DNA of 64,000 bases from Octopus vulgaris (taxonomy: Eukaryota), in assembly GCA_951406725.2 (NCBI GenBank), contig OX597824.1, positions 18,538,001-18,602,000 of the forward strand. The letters run 5' to 3'. Under the pieces are notes generated by a model, which saw only the letters and a program-made list of their open reading frames with translations, did no database searches and was not told where the DNA came from. The translations under genes were made by a program, and so were the position numbers. How positions within the stretch are numbered: the first letter of the stretch is position 1; each line of letters starts with the position of its first letter. Below, piece by piece: positions 55,653 to 64,000 of this stretch.

Positions 55653-56100
55653 AGATTACGATTTATTTTGTAAGTCTAGTAATTATTCTACAGGTCTTTT
55701 ATTTACCGAACCTGTAATCTACGGAGAAATAAACAAACCAGCACCCATTATCGTGTAGTAGAGGTAACAACCAAAGACACAGCGACGTAATTATTCCAAA
55801 GTTCTACAGTGTGTGCTGTCTACCATTTTTGCTGATAAAACAGGGGCGAGAGTTAGTCGACCACATCGATTTACATCGATCCCAGTAACTGACTTTATTT
55901 TATCGGCCACAGAAGAATACAAGGCAATGTTAACCTTGGCGTGGTTTGAACTCAAATTGGGAAGAGTCGGATGAAATGTCAGTGAGGATTAGTTATTGCA
56001 ACGAATCTGATACTTGACAAGTGCCCTATCTTAACAGCCTAGGAAAAATTAAAGGCAAAGTTGACCGAGACTGGATTTGAACTCGATACATCAAAAATCA

Positions 56101-56391
56101 GTGGAGGCACATGGCCTAGTGGACTCACGGTCGAGGGATCGCGGGTTCGAATCTCAGACCGGGCGATGTGTGTGTTTATGAGCGAAACACCTAAGCTCCA
56201 CGCGGCTCCGGCAGAAGGTAATGGCGAACTTTGGCTGACTCTTTCGCCACAAATTTCTCTCACTCTTTCCTCCTGCATCTTGTAGCTCACCTGCGACGGA
56301 CCGGCGTCCCGTCCAGGTGGGGAACCTATACGCCAAGGAAACCGGGAAACCGGCCCTTATGTGCCAAGCGTGGCTCGAGAAGGAACAAACA
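56101..56391 (+). mobile_element. SINE family C with tail type 4, 13-bp TSD, inside an old B copy
   Basis: ACATCAAAAATCA at 56088 and 56392. Confidence 0.9.
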
Positions 56392-56552
56392 ACATCAAAA
56401 ATCAGAATGAATTACAAAAGGCATTTTTTCTGACGCTCTAACGATCCTACCAGCTCAACATCTTTCGTGTGGATATAATAATCTTTTCTGCTATAGGCAC
56501 AAATCCTGAAATTGTGTGGGATGGGACTTGTCGATTATAGCAATCCCAGTAT

Positions 56553-56870
56553 TTGTTTGTTCCTTCTCGAGCCACGGTTGGCTCATAAGGGCTCATAAGG
56601 GCCGGTTTCCCGGTTTCCTTGGCGTATAGGTTCCCTACCTGGACGGGACGACGGTTCGTCGCAGGTGAGCTGCAAGATGCAGGAGGAAAGAGTGAGAGAA
56701 AGTTGTGGCGGAAGAGTCAGCAAAAGTTTCGCCATTACCTTCTTCTGGAGCCACGTGGAAGCTTAGGTGTTTCGCTCATAAACACACACTTATTGTCCGG
56801 TCTGAGATTCGAACCCGCGATCCCTGGATCGCGAGTCCGCTGCTCTAACCACTAGGCCATGCGCCTCCAC
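56553..56870 (-). mobile_element. SINE family C with tail type 4, 12-bp TSD, inside an old B1 copy
   Basis: CAATCCCAGTAT at 56541 and 56872. Confidence 0.9.
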
Positions 56871-56954
56871 ACAATCCCAGTATATAACTGGTTCTTATTT
56901 GCCCAGATGGATAAAAAGCGAAGTCCACCTCGGCAGAATATGCAGATGAAATAA

Positions 56955-57407
56955 TCCCTTATACTGTAGGTACAAGCCCTGAAATGTGGGGGAAGGGATA
57001 TTTATTTCTTTACTACCCACAAGGGGCTAAACACAGAGAGGATAAACAAGGACAGACAAACGGATTAAGTCGATTATATCGACCCCAGTGCGTAACTGGT
57101 ACTTATTTAATCGACACCAAAAGGATGAAAGGCAAAGTCGTCCTTAGCGGAATTTGAATTCAGAACACGACGACGGACGAAATACCTATTTCTTTACTAC
57201 CCACAAGGGGCTAAAAACAGAGAGGACAAACAAAGGGTTTAGTCGATTACATCGACCCCAGTGCGTAGCTGGTACTTATTTAATCGACCCCAAAAGGATG
57301 AAAGGCAAAGTCGACCTCGGCGGAATTTGAACTCAGAACTTAGCGGCAGACGAAATACCGCTAAGCATTTCGCCCGACGTGCTAACGATACTGCCAGTTC
57401 ACCGCCT
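56955..57407 (-). mobile_element. B2 dimer (one head, two units) followed by a B1 tail
   Basis: Recurrent junction at about 57186; B1 tail at 56955-57000. Confidence 0.85.
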
Positions 57408-57519
57408 TATATACTGATGTAGTAATATTTGCTAATTTAATGGGTTTCTAATTTAGATACAGGGGTAGTAATGTTTAGAACCCGAATCAGTCCATACCAG
57501 TGATCTCAGCTTTTTATTA

Positions 57520-57734
57520 TTCTTTTTACTCTTTTACTTGTTTCAGTCATTTGACTGCGGCCATGCTGGAGCACCGCCTTTAGTCGAGCAAATCGACCCC
57601 GGGACTTATTCTTTGTAAGCCCAGTACTTATTCTATCGGTCTCTCTTTTGCTGAACCGCTAAGTGACGGGGACGTAACACACCAGCATCGGTTGTCAAGC
57701 AATGCTAGGGGGACAAACACACACACACAAAGAC

Positions 57735-57771
<37 letters not shown>

Positions 57772-57942
57772 CATATATACGACAGGCTTCTTTCAGTTTC
57801 CGTCTACCAAATCCACTCACAAGGCATTGGTCGGTCCGGGGCTATAGCAGAAGACACTTGCCCAAGATGCCACGCAGTGGGACTGAACCCGGAACCATGT
57901 GGTTGGTTAGCACGCTACTTACCACACAGCCACTCCTGCGCC
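57520..57942 (-). mobile_element. SINE family A, young subfamily
   Basis: Very similar to 39848-40259. Confidence 0.9.
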
Positions 57943-58699
57943 TATTGGTACTTTATTTTATTGACCTTGAAAAATAAATGACAAAGATGACCCGAAAGAA
58001 TTTGAATTCTAAGAGTGAAAGAGCTGGAACAAGCAAAACAAAAGATAATCTTCGTTTTATTTTTGTTTCCTGACGTTGTGACAATTCTGCTAACTCGGCG
58101 ACTTCCAGGAAAGAAAAAAAATAATAGTGAATAAAATAACAGCGTTAAAAATCGATATATGTTTGTATTGAACAGTCATCCACACGATTGAACTCAATCG
58201 ATCACAGGCATTTTAGTATTATTGAATATAAAGTGACAGAAGGTTACTAATTGAACCGGTTATTCTATTAGTCCGGATGCAGAAATAAATTGAGAAATGT
58301 GTTAAATATTTAATTATTCTTTTGAGTTAGATACTACTTCGACAACTTGCTTCACTTCATATCGTCCAGTCATTTAGCTATGGACTTACCGAGGTACAGC
58401 CATTAAATGTTTGGTCTAATTATTTTTGATTCTAACATATTTGTAAACTGGTTAATCAAAGCTGATAATTTTCAAATTGAACAAGGAATTAAATTTTTCT
58501 ATTCCTTTATTTTTCTAAATAAAATCCAGGAAAAAAAAAAACATACTGAATTTTCTTTAGAAAATACTGTTATCTTGTCTTACTGGACATTCATTTACCA
58601 TTAACTATCTGTAAGAGTTAAATCAAATAAAAGTTAGTTAATAATAATTACATCAGTATTTTCTTATGTGTTTAATGAGATATGAGATAATCTGCTGGG

Positions 58700-59850
58700 C
58701 GGTTTTGTTCCAAGAATTCTAAGATAACAAGTACATTAAGGTAAATTTCTTGATCTCGACTTTAAACTGATTATGAGAGAAATCTGTTATATGGCTTCGT
58801 AGATAAATTAAAATGAGGTAACTGTCTGAAGGATTAAAATATTGACTGTAATTACACAGTATGTTAGTTATCGCCTTACTGCACATACTGGTCATCTATC
58901 CGGACAAAAGAGACCGTCTTTCTACTACTGATTGTCTAAGTAGATTTAAGACAGCGCAGAAGAGGGTGAAAATATACAAGTTTCTCTAATATTAGCGATC
59001 GTAAATTGAGTTGTCTGCCAAACAGTAAAAAGAGGAGTCTTTTATGAGGTGAACAGCTTTTGTTTAGAATTTTGTTTTGTATTATCAAGAATGAGGGACC
59101 TCGGTTTCGCAGATAGGATGGGGTTAGGGAGAGGCTGAGAAACAAGTAAATTAATGTCTGTCAGCATAATTTATCGAAGCTTTGATAACGATGCCATGTT
59201 GAAAAAGTAGTTATAAAGAACGATACCAGTTGTCCGCTGACACAAGATCGTCTACTGTCAATAGCCTTGTCATGTGCTAAATCTCTTTTTGACCCAATTT
59301 TCGCTTGTTAAGGAAGAAAAGAGGGAATCCCTGCATCAGACCCTCTGTGTTGGATATTTCACCAGTTATATAACTAGTGATATTACTGTCAACTGTCCAC
59401 TAATGAGAATTCTAATAGCGATTCTTTGGTGACAAAATTCCTCAGTTCTTGGTGTCAGCTTAATTATCTTCGCAACGTAAGAGGATGATCTTACTTCGCG
59501 AGATAATCCTTGGCTGTTTGAGTTGCTTGTAATGGATCTGTCAAAGACTCAAGATAGCTAATAAGATACTAGAAATGATCAGGGACCCCTGTCAAAGTCT
59601 GTAAGTGAAATAATCAGAGTACAGTATGAAAAAGTGGAGACCATATCTACACATGGACAAGGGAGTGGTGTTGTATCTGCGAAACGACGACAAGCCCTCA
59701 GAATACTAAATGGCTTCACCACAATAAACAATGTTAACAGATTTATCAAAATTCACTCAGCTCATGACAAATCATGGAAACGCTGGAAAGGAGATATATT
59801 CCAGATGTTTAACATTTTTCAGAGTGACGGCGTTGTGTGATTTTGTAGGA
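58700..59850 (+). mobile_element. Heavily decayed CR1-like LINE reverse-transcriptase relic
   Basis: Motif remnants in the expected order: SKAFD-like at about 59174, ANKILEMIR at 59557, VRPYL at about 59635, WKGDIFQMFNI at about 59785; many frameshifts. Confidence 0.55.
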
Positions 59851-60315
59851 AATGTATTTTGTTGTCGTTCATAATGGAAATGTGTATCAAGGGAGTTTAT
59901 TTTTTTTTTTTATAGATGTGACACAAACAATATACACTCAACATTAGGAAATGTGTAGCTTTTTTAAACTAACATAATCATGTATTTGTTCTTACAATCA
60001 GAAAAAGATGTGAGTTTTACGTACGTACGGAGAAGTGTACTTCTAATCTTACACGACAGCCCACTTGTTACATTCTCTCTCGGGCTTCTCGTCTGTATTT
60101 TTCAACTCTTTTACTCATTTATTTGGTTCAGTTATTTGACTGTGGCCATACTGGAGCATGGTCTCTGAGGATTTCATTTTGGCATTTATAGTCGAACCAC
60201 TAAGTTATAGGGATGCAAAAAGAGCATCGGCACCATAAGTTGTAAGACATTTGGAGACAAAAACGCTCAATCACAGACACGCACATACACACAACCACAC
60301 ATAATATATATGCAT

Positions 60316-60346
<31 letters not shown>

Positions 60347-60387
60347 CATATATGTATATGCATACATAAATACATACATACACATAC

Positions 60388-60424
<37 letters not shown>

Positions 60425-60444
<20 letters not shown>

Positions 60445-60715
60445 CAGGAGTGATTGTGTGGTAAGTAGCTCGCTTAGTCCCACTGCCTGGAACCTCGGGC
60501 AAGTGTCTTCTACTATGGCCTCGGGCCGACCAAAGCCTTGTGAGTGGATTTGGTAGACGGAAACTGAAAGAAGCCTGTCGTATACACATGTGTGTGTGTG
60601 TTTGCGTGCCTGTGTATGTCCCCTCCCCCCGCCAACATCGCTTGAAAACCGATGTTTGTGTGTTTACGTTCCTGTACTGTGGTCGATCTGAAACATGTAA
60701 AAGAGTAAAAGAGTA
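60425..60715 (+). mobile_element. SINE family A with deletions
   Basis: Head, body and GTAAAAGA tail. Confidence 0.8.
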
Positions 60716-60789
60716 ACAGCTAAAAGACGATGCTGTTTCTTCTTCATTCATCTTTTGTGAATCAGGTAAAGTAACCTTCTCGATTCACA

Positions 60790-61049
60790 CGGACTCATAA
60801 GGGTCGGTTCCTGGTTTTCATGGCGTATATATTCCCCCACCAGGTCTGTTGGTCGCAGGATTATTCATTTTCGCCAGTTGAATGAACGGAAGCAACGTGA
60901 AATGAAGTGTTTTGCTCAAGAACACAACGCGTTGTCCGCTACAGGGATCGAAACCACATTCTTACGATCTGTTTTTTTATTATATTATTATATTATTACT
61001 CTTACGATCATGAGTCCAACTCTCTAACCACTGAGCCACGCGCATTCAC
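60790..61049 (-). mobile_element. SINE family E with a type 4-like tail, diverged
   Basis: Reverse complement of the E head and CORE-like body; tail ...ATACGCCATGAAAACCAGGAACCGACCCTTATGAG. Confidence 0.7.
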
Positions 61050-61212
61050 CTTTTGTGAATATAGCTTTGACCAGAAGGAACTGATGTCATCAGACGGTAT
61101 CCAACGATTATCGGATATATCGACCTTCAAGTGTAACACTGTCACGATCGTCGAGTCAGCAGTGTTGACCAAATTCTCCTGGCTTCCAACTTAACTAATC
61201 ACTATTGCTCCA

Positions 61213-61861
61213 TATTTCTTTACTGCCCACAATTTGGAACGTAACGTCAGACGAAATACCTATTTCTTTACTACCCACAAGGGGCTAAACACACAGAGGA
61301 CAAACAAGGACTGACAAACGGATTAAGTCGATTGTATCGACTCCAGTGCGTAACTGGTACTTAATTTCTCGACGCCGAAAGGATGAAAGGCAAAGTCGAC
61401 CTCGGCGAAATTTGAACTCAGAACGTAACGACAGACGAAATACCTATTTCTTTATTACCCACAAGGGGCTAAACACAGAGGGGACAAACAAGGACAGACA
61501 AACGGATTAAGTCGATTGTATCGACTCCAGTGCGTAACTGGTACTTAATTTCTCGACGCCGAAAGGATGAAAGGCAAAGTCGACCTCGGCGAAATTTGAA
61601 CTCAGAACGTAACGACAGACGAAATACCTATTTCTTTATTACCCACAAGGGGCTAAACACACAGAGGGGACAAACAAGGACAGACAAACGGATTAAGTCG
61701 ATTGTATCGACTCCAGTGCGTAACTGGTACTTAATTTCTCGACGCCGAAAGGATGAAAGGCAAAGTCGACCTCGGCGAAATTTGAACTCAGAACGCAACG
61801 ACAGACGAAATACCGCTAAGCATTTCGCCCGGCGCGCTAACATTTCTACCAGCTCGCCGCC
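61213..61861 (-). mobile_element. B2 multimer: one head, three ~184-bp units and a deleted stub, inside a 14-bp TSD
   Basis: Junctions at 61260/1, 61444/5 and 61628/9; TSD ACTATTGCTCCATA at 61201 and 61865. Confidence 0.93.
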
Positions 61862-62274
61862 TTTACTATTGCTCCATAACCAGCTAGAGACCATCTCTGC
61901 TGCTTCTCCCATCCTGTGCACAGCTACATTTTGCTTTTGTTCTCTTATCTAATGGCATTCTCCATCCTAAATGGACAGGGAATATAGTATGTGTTCAGCA
62001 ATGTAGTGAAAATTAGTTATTTACTTACAATTACGGTTGATTTTATTCGAATAGATAAGCACCAGATGTTTATGGCTGGTTGCCGACAGATTTTTCTGCT
62101 CTGAAAAGGATTTTACCCTATATATGCTGTTCTGTCAGAATTTAAGCGTTGAAAAATATATCCTTCTACTTGTTTGAAATAAAAAAATATTTTAATGTGA
62201 AATTGTCCAGCAACGACGGGTTACTAGGTTAGTGCGTGTGTGTGTGTATGTATTTGTTTGTTTGTTTTTGTTTT

Positions 62275-62594
<320 letters not shown>

Positions 62595-63426
62595 ACATAT
62601 TTTATGCATAAACCAAGGAACCAGTATTGACAATAAAATTAATTTAATTAATTAGAACGCCTTTAAGTGAGAGAGTGTAGTAAACACCTCCCTTCTATGC
62701 TATTGATGTGCATAAAAGAAAACAGAAGGGAGTCTCTTGAAGAACCGGTTAACTGTTTGTTGAGAACTCCTCAGAGAATACGTGTTGAGCCTTCTTCCCC
62801 AAATGAATAGCATAAAGTATTCAATTGCTGTCATAATTTAGGTTAACACCTAAGTGGCTAGCTTAACTTAGGTTAACACCTCTGTGGGTAACTTAATTCA
62901 CGTATTTGGCTTTTTGGGCGTTGAGCGGCTCCTTTGGGAGTCTCGTCTCTGTTCCTTCCTGACAAACATTTTTTTCAGTATAAATCTATTTTATATGAAA
63001 CTGAATAATATGATTATCTTTAATTCATATATAATTAACTCTTCTTTCAACTTGTATTGATAGTGTTGTCTGCAATTATTTTAATAAACTCATTCTATGT
63101 TTTACTGTGGCAAATAACTTCAAATTTTACTGTGGCAAATAACTTCAAATTGATCAGTGCTTTGAACTCATCTAATTTTCACTCGATTGCAGAACTACTG
63201 TGCTGCATTGATAATTCTTATTGCATTAGAAACAAATTATCAAGGTTCTAAAATATATAGAACGTAACTGTCAGACGTTTATGCGTCTCTTTACGATATA
63301 AGAATATTTACTTCAATTTACTTCAATCGGAGAATAAAAGTGTTGCTTATATTCATCTTTAAATGTACATAATTTCCAATTATTTTGTTCTATGATATAC
63401 ATGAAGTTTATCAAAGAATATATATA

Positions 63427-63656
63427 AATTTCTTTATTGCCCACAAGGGGCTAAACATAGAGGGGACAAACAAGGACAGAAGAAGGGATTAAGTCGATTA
63501 CATCGACCCCAGTGCGAAACTGGTACTTTATTTATTGACCCCGAAAGATGAAAGACAAAGTCGACCTCGGCGGAATTTGAACTCAGTACTTAACGACAGA
63601 CGAGATACCGCTAAGCATTTCGCCCGGCGCGCTAACGTGTCTGCCAGCTCGCCGCC
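63427..63656 (-). mobile_element. SINE family B2 monomer with 16-bp TSD
   Basis: TTTATCAAAGAATATA at 63407 and 63665. Confidence 0.92.
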
Positions 63657-64000
63657 TGATATTCTTTATCAAAGAATATAACAAATCTCATACAACTGAT
63701 CACTCAATCTTGCCCAAAGTTCCACGCAGTAGGACTGAACCGGGAACCATGTGGTTTCTAAGCAAGCTACTTTTATTCATTTCATTTGCCATAGAGGCAG
63801 TACAACGATGAGTAGCTTTGCGGGCTGGACAAGACATTGGTGAGGCGAATGATAATAATACAAGATGATAAGGATGGGAGAAAACAGAAAGCGCCCACTG
63901 ACACTCTGCTTCTCTATAACATTGTTCTTTTAATAAAACACATCTTGAGGTAATAACCCTCTTACAATTTACAATGTTTTACAATTTCTTTGGAATAACA

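Noticed and set aside
61261-61444. B2 unit as a hammerhead retrozyme
   Set aside because: No CTGANGA core with flanking stems was found on either strand by eye; another ribozyme class is not excluded.
62838-63149. Short tandem duplications (30 bp at 62838-62897, 25 bp at 63100-63149)
   Set aside because: Ordinary local slippage or repair duplications with no further structure.

Overview
This is AT-rich animal genomic DNA made almost entirely of microsatellites and interspersed repeats. No host protein-coding gene could be supported, and nearly all ORFs in the supplied track are translations of simple repeats or SINEs. The repeat families look like those of a coleoid cephalopod, probably Octopus (inference from recalled family sequences, not verified). 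The window contains: four tRNA-headed SINE families (called A, B, C and E here); 3' fragments of R4/Dong-type LINEs in (TAA)n; Tx1/L1-type LINE ends in (GATA)n; a CR1-like relic; a non-autonomous Helitron; a MITE; and several (TA)n-embedded Penelope-like pieces with fold-backs and hammerhead ribozyme motifs. Five observations stand out. (1) SINE B2 has a Tx1-like 3' tail and forms single-headed ~184-bp tandem multimers with a recurrent junction that rebuilds a hairpin; one multimer lies inside a single TSD, suggesting a circular-RNA/rolling-circle or self-targeting mechanism. (2) Tx1-like ends recur within one (GATA)n tract. (3) A complete type I hammerhead sits in inverted terminal repeats. 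(4) Minimal hammerheads show non-canonical cores with covarying stems. (5) SINEs are stacked directly upstream of other SINE heads. All coordinates were read by eye; element ends may be off by a few bases.
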